Origin: Verrucomicrobiota bacterium
Lineage (GTDB): Bacteria; Verrucomicrobiota; Verrucomicrobiia; Limisphaerales; JAHDYP01
NCBI GenBank assembly: GCA_046047235.1
Contig: JBJOII010000003.1
Span: 8,970 to 72,969 of the forward strand
Reading direction: 5' to 3'
Length of the DNA: 64,000 nucleotides
Under the pieces are notes generated by a model. The model made no database searches. It was not told the DNA's origin and was given only the letters and a program-made list of their open reading frames with translations. Both the position numbers and the translations under genes were made by a program. Below, piece by piece: positions 1-9,890 of the stretch; the stretch's first letter is position 1; each line of letters opens with the position of its first letter.

Positions 1-72
1 AAACACCAGGGCCGACGCTTCAGGCTAACCGACGTCCACGGCAAACTCGTAAAGGAACTGTTCAACAGTTAG
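1..72 (+). CDS. 3' end of an upstream gene (last 23 codons: KHQGRRFRLTDVHGKLVKELFNS*)
   Basis: Frame 1 is open from base 1 to TAG at 70-72 and shows the C-ending codon bias seen in plus-strand genes here. It is too short for a functional call. Confidence 0.3.
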   Translation, partial: KHQGRRFRLTDVHGKLVKELFNS

Positions 73-75
73 CCC

Positions 76-103
76 TTGGCTGTTGGCTGTTGGCTGTTGG
101 CTG
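76..103 (+). repeat. TTGGCTG x4 heptamer tandem repeat
   Basis: Four perfect consecutive 7-mers read directly from the sequence, starting 4 nt after the TAG at 70-72. Confidence 0.9.
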
Positions 104-313
104 TGAACAGCGAACGCACCGCAGGCGCTGGGATTCAAAGGTCAAAGGTCAGGAGTCGAGAGTCAGCGCGCCCCTTGTTCCAAAACGTCCGCCGTAGAAC
201 CACAGGCGTAGGGAGCTCACCCTTTGGGGTGCCTCTACCCCCCCAAGCCCAGTGTCTCGGAGCTTCAGTGTTTCTGTGTTTCAGAACAACCTGCGCCGCG
301 GGAGCGGCGCAAT

Positions 314-336
314 TGGATTTGGCGCAGCCAAATCCA
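314..336. repeat. GCA-triloop hairpin module, variant copy (TGGATTTGGC-GCA-GCCAAATCCA)
   Basis: Perfect 10-bp stem. It differs from the copies at 9979 and 17421 by a C-to-G change matched by a G-to-C change on the other arm. It lies 6 nt from the stop at 343-345. Confidence 0.85.
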
Positions 337-342
337 TAGACC

Positions 343-1068
343 TCAACTGGCCGGCACACAGGTCACCACGGCGAGACGGCTGCCCCCGGCACAAATCAAC
401 TGGACCCGACCCTGCTCGTCCGCCTCGCCAATCGCCACACTGAACCCGCCCGACAGACTCGCCGCAGGCCCAAGCTCAGTCTCTGACAGCACCTTCAGAT
501 CATCCCCCAACACCATCAACTTGACCGGCACTCCCGGGCTCGCCCCACCAGGCTTCATCACCGCAGCCAGATCAACCACCGTGGGATTGCCCACCTCCAC
601 ACAGGAACACAACACCTCCACCCGCCCGTCGGAGTCCATATCCGCCGCAGCATGCAACCGCAGCAGCACCTGCCCCCCAGCCGGCACCACCCCCACACCC
701 CGCGTCTTCATCGGCCTTAGTCGCGCGTCCAACTGCGTCACCACCCCGCTCCCGTCCGCCAACAGGATCTCCTCACGCCCGTCCAGGTTCACATCCGCCA
801 CCAGACAATCCACAATCCCCCGGCTGGTCTGGATTTCCCCAACCAGGTTCCCTCTCAAATCCAGCAAAAAGAGATGTCCGAACGCCACGGCTTCTCCCGC
901 AGCACTCAACTCGGTTGCAGCACTCCACGCCAGAATGTGCGGCTCTTCCCGTGCACCAAAACCCTGAATGACCCCAGTCCGCAACCTCGACTGACTGTTG
1001 GTCGTCCCCCAAACCCATCGCCACACCCTCCTCCAAAGTCTCGAAGCGATCCAACAACACCGACTCAC
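343..1068 (-). CDS. FG-GAP/VCBS-like repeat (propeller-type) domain, probably the out-of-frame extracellular part of the kinase at 773-2119
   Basis: Repeated calcium-loop-like motifs (DVNLDGREEILLADGSG, DMDSDGRVEVL, GEADEQGRVQLI). There is no credible start codon or signal peptide of its own. It overlaps the kinase ORF over 773-1068 with a frame offset of 1. Confidence 0.55.
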   Translation of the reverse strand: MSRCCWIASRLWRRVWRWVWGTTNSQSRLRTGVIQGFGAREEPHILAWSAATELSAAGEAVAFGHLFLLDLRGNLVGEIQTSRGIVDCLVADVNLDGREEILLADGSGVVTQLDARLRPMKTRGVGVVPAGGQVLLRLHAAADMDSDGRVEVLCSCVEVGNPTVVDLAAVMKPGGASPGVPVKLMVLGDDLKVLSETELGPAASLSGGFSVAIGEADEQGRVQLICAGGSRLAVVTCVPAS

Positions 1069-2119
1069 CCACCAGCATCAAACAACCCGGACTCGCACGA
1101 CCACTGCCCCACTTCAACATGCCACCCCAGAGAACCAGCACTGCCAGCATCCCCAGGAATGCCGTCCTCACCGCGGTCGACAACTTGCCGCCCCCACGTT
1201 GACGCCCACGCTTTCCATCCCCCACCCCGCCCCACTCCTGAACCAGAAGCTCCAAATCCGCCACCACATCCTGCATCGACGCATACCGATCCTTAAGCTC
1301 CCGCGCCATCGCCCTCTCAGCAATCGCTGCCAGCCCCGGATCCGCCTTGCCGTTCCTCCGCCGGACCGGAATCGGTGGCCCCGCCAACACCTTCTCCACA
1401 ACCTCGTCAGCCGTGTCCCCCTCATAGGGTGGATGCCCCGTCAGCAACTCATACAGCAGCGCACCAAAGGAATAGATGTCCGCTCGCGTGTCCTCCGCTT
1501 TCCCCGCCGCCACCGCGGGCGACATGTAAGGTGCCGTGCCGAAACGCCTCGAAGGCTGATGCTCGGTCGCCGCCTTCACAGAAAACTCCGCAGCGAGCCC
1601 AAAATCGGTCAGCCACACGCCACCCTCACCATCCAACAAAACGTTGCCCGGCTTGATATCCCGGTGGATTACGCCGCAAGTGTGCGCATAGGCAACCGCC
1701 CGCGCCAGCTGCACCGCAATCGGAAGTGCCTGCTCCTCCGGCAGAGGTTCACCCGCCCGCAGCCGCTGCGCCAAACTCCCCTCCTCCACCCACGGCATCA
1801 CCAGGAAAGGACCCGGAGCATGCTCCACAATCTCCAACACCGGCAGGATCCCGTCGTGCGCCAAATCCCGCATCCGCCTCGCCTCCTCCAAAAACCGACG
1901 CACAGAACCTCCGTCCCCCGCCAACTCCGGCCGCAACATCTTGATGGCCACACGTTTCGCGCTGCAGGTGTCCAATGCGCTGACCACTACACCCATACCT
2001 CCCACACCCAGCACGCTCTCGGCCTCATAGTGGGCCAGTGACCCCAGCGAACCCAACACTCCAGGAGGATTCAGCACCGAATACAATTGCCCCCCGCTAA
2101 CCGTCGACGATTCTGACAT
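773..2119 (-). CDS. Membrane Ser/Thr protein kinase (Hanks type), with a 3' part that looks frameshifted
   Basis: Kinase motifs GVGGMGVV, VAIKML, HRDIKPGNVLL, TDFGL and APYMSPA, then TM helix LGMLAVLVLWGGML. ATG 2119 (MSESS...) was chosen by alignment to the paralog start at 4901. The tail after about 1000 reads as Cys/Gly/Arg-rich junk. Confidence 0.8.
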   Translation of the reverse strand: MSESSTVSGGQLYSVLNPPGVLGSLGSLAHYEAESVLGVGGMGVVVSALDTCSAKRVAIKMLRPELAGDGGSVRRFLEEARRMRDLAHDGILPVLEIVEHAPGPFLVMPWVEEGSLAQRLRAGEPLPEEQALPIAVQLARAVAYAHTCGVIHRDIKPGNVLLDGEGGVWLTDFGLAAEFSVKAATEHQPSRRFGTAPYMSPAVAAGKAEDTRADIYSFGALLYELLTGHPPYEGDTADEVVEKVLAGPPIPVRRRNGKADPGLAAIAERAMARELKDRYASMQDVVADLELLVQEWGGVGDGKRGRQRGGGKLSTAVRTAFLGMLAVLVLWGGMLKWGSGRASPGCLMLVGESVLLDRFETLEEGVAMGLGDDQQSVEVADWGHSGFWCTGRAAHSGVECCNRVECCGRSRGVRTSLFAGFEREPGWGNPDQPGDCGLSGGGCEPGRA

Positions 2120-2342
2120 CGTCGGCAGTCTCCGCCCGACCGACCGGGGATGATCTGCTTCGTCCATATAGGGTTGTGGATCAGCAGCCCACACCCTCTA
2201 TACGCTCTCAGAAGCCCAATCTTACAAAAAAGTTGTCACTTTCTGCTGCCGACCAGCCCGCAAAAGCCGTCAGGAAAATGTCGCCCCAGCACGGAACCCT
2301 CCCCGCGACCTACTAAAGCACCACGAAACTGGCGGTCTGCGC

Positions 2343-4901
2343 TCAAATTGGCAGTAAGGAACCCGACTGCTCCCGATAAAAGGGAATCGCCCCGAGATCA
2401 GGCAGCGCACCTTCACGAATTGCCGGAGAACCCGACCGCAACCGGAAATCCCCACGCTCCGCATCCACGAAGCGGCTCAGGCGACAGCGCCCCGCCTGCA
2501 ACAAGAGATCCCCGCCTCCATCACGAAAGGGAATCTGGGCATTGGCCAACGTCACACCCTCAAGAACAAACTCGCCCCCGCCTGAAAGATTCACCACAAA
2601 ACCACGCCCAAGATGTTCGCTGTCCACCCGCGTCAAATGCGGGTCGCCTGATGACCGGATAACAACCTCCCGTGTCACCTCCAAGTCATGCTCACGATAA
2701 ACCCCGGGAGAAAGAGTGATGATTCCCCCCGCTGCAATCGCCTGCAAGGCGTCCCTGATGGTGGCCGCATCCCCGGGCACCCGCACTATGGGGCCTTCCG
2801 CAGCCAGATCCACCGGAGCACCCGGCGGCGCACGCAGCAAATCCCCCCGGACATCCCCAAGTGCTTCCCCCAACCCAACATCCTCAATCGGGGAGAACAT
2901 TACTGCACCGATATCCAGCGGGGTCCCATCCGGATCCAGCGTGGCCGGGTCACCACGATCAATGGCCGGCGATCCCGGTAGCAGGCGGAAGTCTCCCTTC
3001 TCCGGGTTCAAGAACATCGGATCCTCCGCAAGGTTGCCCGCCCCCTCATAACCGCCTTGCACAATGCAGTGTTCCACCAAGGTGCAGTCGAACAGCTGCT
3101 GGTCGTTATACGCCGGAAGATTGTTCCACAAAATGCAGTTGCGGAAACTGCCCTGATTCCCGCCCCCCACCATCCAAGGGTTGGAGACCTTGCCCCCGCC
3201 ATTCCCGTAGATGGTCGAACTGCTGACTTCACACCGCGTCAATACCGCGGCGTTCAGGCTGCCGCGATTGCCATAGATCAAACAGCGCCGGACCACCGCC
3301 GCACCAATCCCCGCCGTCTCGGCAGCAAAGTTGTTCCGGATAACGGAATCCTCCACCACCAGACTCCCCTGCGACCCGTCCTCGTTCCCAACCGGACTGC
3401 GACTGAACTCTTTGTCCCCCAGCACGCCTTCCACAATACATCGGCTCAGCCGACATTGCCCCTGAACCAGCCTCAGCGCACCTCCACCTTCCCCACGGGG
3501 AATCGTTGCATTAGCCAACGTCAGCCCTTCAATCACCACCACGCCCTCAGTCTCCAGATCCACAATCAAGCCCCGCCCCAAATGCTCGCTGTCCAGCCGC
3601 GTGTCCAATGCATCCCCCGCAGAACGAATCGTCAGCCCCTTGGTGATCACTACATCGTGCTCGCGATAATCCCCGGGCGCCAGGATCACCACATCCCCTT
3701 CGCCAGCCGCCTCAACCGCCAACCCAAGGCTCGCAAATTCCTCCGGCACCCGCAGCAGATTCACCCCGCTCCAGACCTGCGGCGGCCCCTGACGCCTGAG
3801 ATTCGGGAAAACCCATGCCTCCTCCTGAGATTGCTCCGCCACAACCCCGCTCATGGAGGAAGGGTCGTCACGCAGACCCGACGCTATCCACAAACCAGCA
3901 CCCACCAGCATCCCCGCCACCCCCAGCAAACCCCACACACTCGACAATCCAAACGCAGCCCCACCCGGCCTCCCCAACGCCTCCGGTCGCTTCCCCGCTG
4001 CCACACGCTCCAAATCCTCCAGCAGGTCAGACATCGACGCATACCGGTCACGCAACGCCCGCGCCATGGCACACTCCACCACCGCAGCCATCGCAGGGTT
4101 AACCCGGGGATTCACCTCGCGAACAGGAACCGGCGGCCCCGCCAAAATCCGGTCCAACACCTCCTGGGTCGATCCCCCCTCATAGGGAGGTCGACCCGTC
4201 AACAACTCATACAACAGAGCCCCAAATGAATAGATGTCAGCCCGCGTATCCTCCGCCTCCCCGGCCGCCACCGCCGGAGACATGTAAGGCGCAGTACCAT
4301 ACCGCTTCCCAATCTGTACCTCACCCGATCCATCCGCCGTGAAAGCCCGCGATAACCCGAAATCCGTCAGCAGCACCCTGCCCCCCTCACCCACCAACAC
4401 GTTGCCGGGCTTGATGTCCCGATGAATCAGCCCACTGGAATGCGCATACGCAATCGCCCCGGCCAGCTCAATGCCGATCCGCAGCACCTCCGCCTCTCCC
4501 ATCGACTGACCCCCATCCAGTCGGCGGGACAAACTGCCCTCCTCAAACCAAGGCATCACGAAATAAGGCCCGGGCGCCTCATCCTCCACCTCCAACACCG
4601 GAACAATGCCCGGATGCTGCAGCTGCTGCATCTGCCTCGCCTCCTGCAAAAACCGGCGTATCGAAATCGCATCCCCCGCCAGCTCCGGCCGCAACAGCTT
4701 GATCGCAACCGGCGCACCGTCCTTGCCTTCGGTCGCCTTGAACACTACCCCCATCCCCCCCACACCCAGAATCTCCCGGACTTCAAAATGGTCCAAAGAC
4801 CCCAACGCCCCCAGCACACTGGGAGGATTCAGGGCATTAAGGAAAAAAGTGCCGCCTGCCTCCGGAAATTCCGAAGCCAGTGGAAACGACCGATCCGACA
4901 T
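2343..4901 (-). CDS. Membrane Ser/Thr protein kinase with an extracellular parallel beta-helix-like repeat domain
   Basis: Kinase motifs GVGGMGVV, VAIKLL, HRDIKPGNVLV and TDFGL, then TM helix VWGLLGVAGMLVGAGLWIA and about 500 aa of Gly/Asn-rich beta-helix-like repeats. Alternative starts are at 4925 and 5033. Confidence 0.82.
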   Translation of the reverse strand: MSDRSFPLASEFPEAGGTFFLNALNPPSVLGALGSLDHFEVREILGVGGMGVVFKATEGKDGAPVAIKLLRPELAGDAISIRRFLQEARQMQQLQHPGIVPVLEVEDEAPGPYFVMPWFEEGSLSRRLDGGQSMGEAEVLRIGIELAGAIAYAHSSGLIHRDIKPGNVLVGEGGRVLLTDFGLSRAFTADGSGEVQIGKRYGTAPYMSPAVAAGEAEDTRADIYSFGALLYELLTGRPPYEGGSTQEVLDRILAGPPVPVREVNPRVNPAMAAVVECAMARALRDRYASMSDLLEDLERVAAGKRPEALGRPGGAAFGLSSVWGLLGVAGMLVGAGLWIASGLRDDPSSMSGVVAEQSQEEAWVFPNLRRQGPPQVWSGVNLLRVPEEFASLGLAVEAAGEGDVVILAPGDYREHDVVITKGLTIRSAGDALDTRLDSEHLGRGLIVDLETEGVVVIEGLTLANATIPRGEGGGALRLVQGQCRLSRCIVEGVLGDKEFSRSPVGNEDGSQGSLVVEDSVIRNNFAAETAGIGAAVVRRCLIYGNRGSLNAAVLTRCEVSSSTIYGNGGGKVSNPWMVGGGNQGSFRNCILWNNLPAYNDQQLFDCTLVEHCIVQGGYEGAGNLAEDPMFLNPEKGDFRLLPGSPAIDRGDPATLDPDGTPLDIGAVMFSPIEDVGLGEALGDVRGDLLRAPPGAPVDLAAEGPIVRVPGDAATIRDALQAIAAGGIITLSPGVYREHDLEVTREVVIRSSGDPHLTRVDSEHLGRGFVVNLSGGGEFVLEGVTLANAQIPFRDGGGDLLLQAGRCRLSRFVDAERGDFRLRSGSPAIREGALPDLGAIPFYREQSGSLLPI

Positions 4902-5069
4902 CGGCGGTTGTTCTGGATCACCCATAGCTGCCTTGGTCTGGAAGCTCTTGCCCTGCCACTCCCATATACGCGGACCTCGCGCAGATCTTGCAAAAAAATC
5001 ATCCGCGCCCGATCCGGGTGCACTTCCCAGCACGCCCTCGCCCCTACACCTGCCACCCCGCAGACCAAC

Positions 5070-5552
5070 TCAGGACCACGGCCCCAGCCGCTTGACCACT
5101 TCATCCAGCAGCTTCTGATAAGGACGGCTCTTGAGGCGCGTCATCTTCACTTCCTCCTCAAAGAACGACTCACCCGCATTCCGCACCATCATGGCCTGGC
5201 TCTCCAGCCGATAGACCCCCTCACTCAACGGAATCAACTTGAGCCGGACACGCTCCCGCACCCCGCCATCGTCAAACCAACCCCCATGAGCCAGCTGTCG
5301 CATGGTCGAGGTCTTCCGCTCATAACGCCACTCCCCGGAAAAGGAGGCATCCTCATACCCCGCCTCGCTAAAGACCGCTTCAACGGTCCTCCTCACGGTA
5401 ATCTCGTCCGTGTAACGCAGCGTCACGACGGCAAACTGCTTGCCCCCCGGGGGAGTGGAACTGCAGGAAACCCCGCCCAATAGCAGCACCGCCGCCACGA
5501 CCACCGCAGGCAGCCAACGACTCACAACCCTCTGAGCATCCAACATCATCAT
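5070..5552 (-). CDS. Small secreted or possibly lipid-anchored protein of unknown function
   Basis: N-terminal hydrophobic signal ending LLLGGVSCSS (weak lipobox). Codon bias fits neighbouring minus-strand genes. I recognise no family. Confidence 0.55.
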   Translation of the reverse strand: MMMLDAQRVVSRWLPAVVVAAVLLLGGVSCSSTPPGGKQFAVVTLRYTDEITVRRTVEAVFSEAGYEDASFSGEWRYERKTSTMRQLAHGGWFDDGGVRERVRLKLIPLSEGVYRLESQAMMVRNAGESFFEEEVKMTRLKSRPYQKLLDEVVKRLGPWS

Positions 5553-5642
5553 TCAATCCTTCCTCGCTGACATCGCCCGGCAATCCCCGGACAGGACGAC
5601 TCTTGGCCTCCGACCCGCAACATGCAACCTATCCCGGAAGAA

Positions 5643-8333
5643 TCAATACTCGTCGTCATCGTCGTCATCCTCCACATGGCTGATCGCCCATTCGGGATAA
5701 GGCGCAGCACTGCCCCGCATGGCATGCCACAGAATCCGGTTCAGCAGATCTTCCGGACAGGCATCCACCCGCTTGAAGTTCAATTTGGCTGACTCCAAGG
5801 CGTGCCGTCGCAGCAGCTTGTCCGTCATGGCATTGGGGCTGGGGTTCATCTGATCCAACGGCACCCGGTTCGCCAGCGCCTTATACGGCGTGTAGTCCGG
5901 CTCGTCCGTGAAACACTCAAACATCGGCTCCGCCGCCGCATCAAACTGGTTCATCGGCGGCATCCCCAGAATCTGTTCCATGGTCCGAATCACGCTGGTC
6001 GTATTATACAGCTTGCTCACCACCGCACCCCGCTTGGCATACGGACTCATGCAGAAGGCAATGGTCCGATACCCGCTCACATGATCCCAACCCGCCTGCG
6101 GATCGTCCTCAATCCCAAAGATCACCATGTCCTTCCAGAAACGGCTGTGGGACAGGGCCTCCACGATCTGACCAAAGGCCAGGTCGTTGTCCGCCATGCA
6201 GGCCGCAGGTGTGGGCGATCCCGCACTGGTGCCGCTGGTGTGATCGTTCGGCAGACAAATCAAGGTCAGCTGCGGCATCTCACCCTGCGCCTCCCACGCA
6301 GCCACCTGGTTGGTGATATACCGCGCCCGCCACACATCCGGCACCTCCATGATCCAACCCACATAGTTCGTCGGCGTATACGGCCGCAAACTCTCCACGC
6401 TCGGCTGACTGCTGATCCGCACCTCGCCCTTCCCGTGCAAAAACTCATTCCAGTAATCCGTCCACGAAGGCTCACCACGCCGCCCCGTATCCGCCCAACC
6501 CGAGGTAGGCCGCGCAAACTCCCCGAAATTCCACAACGACACGCCGCTGCGCACCGCGTTGTCCCATAAAAAACCCGACGGCGCATACGCCAACGCATCC
6601 ATGTCGTCCAAATCCATCCCGTCCGGATAACTCCGCGGCCAGCCCGCAAACGACTTCTCGAGGTAATCCGTCCCAAACGCACTCGTCGACCACTGATGCC
6701 CGTCAGCACTCAGGATTCCCGAACAATAGGTGTTGTCGAGCAACACAAAGTCCCGCGCCAACTGATGATGGTTCGGCGTGATCTCCTCCCCGAAAATGCA
6801 CAGTGAAGGATCCCCATTGCCCTGCGGCAACGCCCCGAACACCTGATCGTAAGTCCGGTTCTCCTTGATGATATAGACCACGTGCTTGAACACACTCGGC
6901 TCCCCAATGCGCTCCGGCACCGGCCGCGCCGGCTGATCCGCCCGCGGCGGCAAAGCAGCCTGCTCAATCCGGTCCCGATGGGTGTTCTCCCAGACCCGCG
7001 CACTCATCGCCGGCAACTCCTTCGCATCCGGCAAAGGCACCAAGGACAACGAACCGTGATACTGGTGCGAGTTGAATCCCTGACCGCCACTGTTGGAATC
7101 CGTTCCCTTGGTCGTTCCAATACCCTTGATGTTCGCCACCGCCAGCTGCTTCCGCCCGGCATCAAACACCAGCGCCCCGGGAAACCAGCCCACCGGTATC
7201 AACCCCTCCAAATGCGACTCCCGATCGCCCGGATCAAAACGCACCACCGCAACCGCATTGTGAGTGCCGTTGGCCACATACAAACGACGGCCACGACGGT
7301 CAAATGCCAGCGCGTTCGGCGACGCCCCAAAGGGATCCGCCGGACTCGGCTTCACCCAAATGGTCTCCACCACCTCGTCCGTCCGCACATCAATCACGCT
7401 CAGGTTGTCGCTCGCCGCATTCGCACAAACCACATACCGGCCGTTGGGCGACACCGCCAAAGCTGAGGCGTGCAAACGCGTCATGATCTCCCGAACAGCC
7501 TCCCCCGCCTTGAGATCAATCACGGTCACGGAACCCTCGCTCGCCACATGCATCACCGGATCCACCCGCACAACAGTCCCCCGCCCGGCCGGCCCGGTCA
7601 GGTCATCCTCCCCCGGACGCCGCCCGCCCCAGTTGCTCACATACAGCTTCGAACCCACCAACGCCACGTCATAAGGCGCTACCCCCACGTCAAACAAGCG
7701 CAACACCTCACCGCTCCCGGTATCCACCTCCGCCAAACGATTCGATAAATTCAACGCCACATACAACCGCCGGCCATCACGGGAAATCGCCAAACCCGCC
7801 GGAATCTCCGCCGCCCGGCGGGGCGCGTTCGCCGCCGGCAACGGTATCGAGAACAAACCCCGCACCCCAGCATCCTTCGTCACCTCAAATACCTTGATGC
7901 TCCCGTTCACGTTGCTCAGATAAAGCCGCTTGCCGTCAGGCGAAAACACCAGTCCCGTGTAACTCACCTGCGCCTTGGTGTCCGGCTGCAAAATGTTCTC
8001 CGAAGGCGGCTCCGGCTCCGGCGTGTTCAGCTTCTCCGAAGGCAGGGGAACATGCCCCAATACACGACCCGTCTCCGGATCCACCAGCACCAGGTCATGC
8101 GTCTTCCCCGAGGTCACCAGCACCCTGCCGTCCGGACTCAACGCCAGCACCTGCGGCCGCATCCCCGGTAAAGGCACCTGCTTGCCCGCCGGAGTAATCA
8201 CCTGGTTCACCGGTAGCCGCGTCGTATACGCATCCACCACCCCAACCGACTCCCGGTCAGCCCCCAGCACAGGTTCAAAAACGGCAAAGCCGCCGACAAG
8301 AACGAATAAGACAGTTCTAAGTGATCGATGCAT
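5643..8333 (-). CDS. Secreted fusion of a YVTN/lactonase-type beta-propeller and a phosphoesterase-family (PlcN/AcpA-like) domain
   Basis: ATG at 8333 gives signal peptide MHRSLRTVLFVLVGGFAVF. Repeated SPDG..LYV.N blades follow, then VVYIIKENRTYDQVFG, the hallmark motif of the phosphoesterase family, and an acidic tail DDDDDDEY. Confidence 0.82.
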   Translation of the reverse strand: MHRSLRTVLFVLVGGFAVFEPVLGADRESVGVVDAYTTRLPVNQVITPAGKQVPLPGMRPQVLALSPDGRVLVTSGKTHDLVLVDPETGRVLGHVPLPSEKLNTPEPEPPSENILQPDTKAQVSYTGLVFSPDGKRLYLSNVNGSIKVFEVTKDAGVRGLFSIPLPAANAPRRAAEIPAGLAISRDGRRLYVALNLSNRLAEVDTGSGEVLRLFDVGVAPYDVALVGSKLYVSNWGGRRPGEDDLTGPAGRGTVVRVDPVMHVASEGSVTVIDLKAGEAVREIMTRLHASALAVSPNGRYVVCANAASDNLSVIDVRTDEVVETIWVKPSPADPFGASPNALAFDRRGRRLYVANGTHNAVAVVRFDPGDRESHLEGLIPVGWFPGALVFDAGRKQLAVANIKGIGTTKGTDSNSGGQGFNSHQYHGSLSLVPLPDAKELPAMSARVWENTHRDRIEQAALPPRADQPARPVPERIGEPSVFKHVVYIIKENRTYDQVFGALPQGNGDPSLCIFGEEITPNHHQLARDFVLLDNTYCSGILSADGHQWSTSAFGTDYLEKSFAGWPRSYPDGMDLDDMDALAYAPSGFLWDNAVRSGVSLWNFGEFARPTSGWADTGRRGEPSWTDYWNEFLHGKGEVRISSQPSVESLRPYTPTNYVGWIMEVPDVWRARYITNQVAAWEAQGEMPQLTLICLPNDHTSGTSAGSPTPAACMADNDLAFGQIVEALSHSRFWKDMVIFGIEDDPQAGWDHVSGYRTIAFCMSPYAKRGAVVSKLYNTTSVIRTMEQILGMPPMNQFDAAAEPMFECFTDEPDYTPYKALANRVPLDQMNPSPNAMTDKLLRRHALESAKLNFKRVDACPEDLLNRILWHAMRGSAAPYPEWAISHVEDDDDDDEY

Positions 8334-8506
8334 GGTAGTGCCGCATGCTGCACCCATGAACGGATCGACGCGAGTAGAATACTGCCACAGTTTCATGACG
8401 GATTCCCTTGCCTGCTCCGTTCCAATATGGCTCCCTGCAGCCATCACTCAACCCCCCCGGCCGCAGGTGGCTTCTCACCCGCACCGGATAAGTTCCGTAT
8501 TGTCAC

Positions 8507-9874
8507 ATGAGCGACTCAGTTAAATACCTCCTCGACGAAACCCGCATCCCCAAAAGCTGGTACAACATCGCGGCCGACCTGCCCAAACCCCTGCCCCCGG
8601 TGCTCCACCCGGGTACACAACAACCCATCGGCCCCGAAGACCTCGCCCCGCTCTTCCCCATGGCCCTGATCCAACAGGAAGTCTCCACAGAACGCGAAAT
8701 CGAAATACCGGAACCCGTCCGCGATATCTACCGCCAATGGCGCCCATCCCCACTCTTCCGTGCCCGACGCCTCGAGAAGGCCCTCGATACCCCCGCCCGC
8801 ATCTACTACAAATACGAAGGCGTCAGCCCCGCTGGCAGCCACAAACCCAATACCGCCGTCGCCCAGGCCTTCTACAATAAGGAAGCAGGCGTCAAACGCA
8901 TCATCACCGAAACCGGCGCCGGCCAGTGGGGCTCCTCCCTCGCCTTCGCCGGCGCCATCTTCGGCCTCGATGTCCAGGTCTTCATGGTCAAGGTCTCCTT
9001 CAACCAGAAACCCTACCGCCGCGCCATCATGGAAACCTACGGCGCACGCTGCGTAGCCTCGCCATCCCAGGAAACCCAGGCCGGACGCGCCATCCTCGCC
9101 CAACGCGCCGACCACCCCGGCAGCCTCGGTATCGCCATCTCGGAAGCCGTGGAAATCGCCGCCCAGTCGGAAGATGCCAAATACGCCCTGGGCTCCGTCC
9201 TCAACCACGTCCTGCTCCACCAAACCATCGTCGGCGTCGAAGCCATCGAACAACTCCAGATGGCCGATGATTACCCCGATGTCGTCGTCGGTTGCACCGG
9301 CGGCGGATCCAACTTCGCCGGCATCGCCTTCCCCTTCATCGGTGCCGGACTCCGCGGAGGCCAAAAACCCCGCATCGTCGCAGTCGAACCCTCCGCCTGC
9401 CCCACCCTCACCCGCGGCCCCTACGCCTATGACTTCGGCGATACCGCCCACCTCACGCCGCTCGTCAAAATGCACACGCTCGGCTCCACCTTCACCCCGC
9501 CAGGATTCCACGCCGGCGGCCTCCGCTACCACGGCATGGCCCCGCTCGTCAGCCACGTGAAGGAACTCGGCCTCATCGAAGCCAAATCCTACCACCAAAC
9601 CCCCTGCTTCGCCGCCGGCGTCCAGTTCGCCAAAGCCGAAGGCATCGTCCCCGCCCCCGAAGCCAACCACGCCGTGCGCGGGGCCATCGACGAAGCCCTG
9701 AAATGCAAGGAAGAAGGCGTCAGCCGCGCCATCCTCTTCAACCTGTGCGGACACGGCCACTTCGACATGCAGGCCTACACGGATTACCTCTCAGGTAAAC
9801 TCGAAGACTCCGACTACAACGACCAGGAACTCGCCCTCGCCCTCGCCGGCCTCCCCAAAATGGAATCCGCCTAA
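8507..9874 (+). CDS. trpB: TrpB-like PLP-dependent enzyme (TrpB2 clade of tryptophan synthase beta)
   Basis: 455 aa with the N-terminal extension typical of TrpB2. Motifs SPAGSHKPN (PLP lysine) and [12 protein letters not shown]. No trpA lies adjacent. Confidence 0.9.
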   Translation: MSDSVKYLLDETRIPKSWYNIAADLPKPLPPVLHPGTQQPIGPEDLAPLFPMALIQQEVSTEREIEIPEPVRDIYRQWRPSPLFRARRLEKALDTPARIYYKYEGVSPAGSHKPNTAVAQAFYNKEAGVKRIITETGAGQWGSSLAFAGAIFGLDVQVFMVKVSFNQKPYRRAIMETYGARCVASPSQETQAGRAILAQRADHPGSLGIAISEAVEIAAQSEDAKYALGSVLNHVLLHQTIVGVEAIEQLQMADDYPDVVVGCTGGGSNFAGIAFPFIGAGLRGGQKPRIVAVEPSACPTLTRGPYAYDFGDTAHLTPLVKMHTLGSTFTPPGFHAGGLRYHGMAPLVSHVKELGLIEAKSYHQTPCFAAGVQFAKAEGIVPAPEANHAVRGAIDEALKCKEEGVSRAILFNLCGHGHFDMQAYTDYLSGKLEDSDYNDQELALALAGLPKMESA

Positions 9875-9890
9875 AGCCCCAGCCGGCCGA

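Noticed and set aside
36-47. 12-nt match (CCACGGCAAACT) between 36-47 and the left arm region of the 60973-61207 element.
   Set aside because: My rough estimate is that a 64-kb sequence contains hundreds of chance 12-mer pairs (about N squared over 4 to the 12). The flanks do not extend the match.
8468-8482. Possible sigma-54 promoter TGGCTT-CTCAC-CCGCA upstream of trpB. A similar site (GGCAC-N..-TCTGC) lies upstream of the response regulator at 30069.
   Set aside because: The -12 element is poor at the first site and the spacing is off by one at the second. Both are much weaker than the two flagellar candidates.
8516-9760. 414-aa minus-strand ORF antisense to trpB. Similar long antisense or off-frame ORFs lie at 998-2041, 3057-4229, 12690-13346, 13613-14509, 23109-24353, 33930-35036, 44385-45254, 47224-48165, 49623-50648 and 60063-60806.
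   Set aside because: Their translations are low-complexity (Gly/Asp/Glu/Val-rich on the minus strand, Pro/His/Arg/Thr-rich on the plus strand). Each fully overlaps a gene with clear family motifs. They are the expected stop-poor shadow frames of a high-GC, strand-skewed genome.
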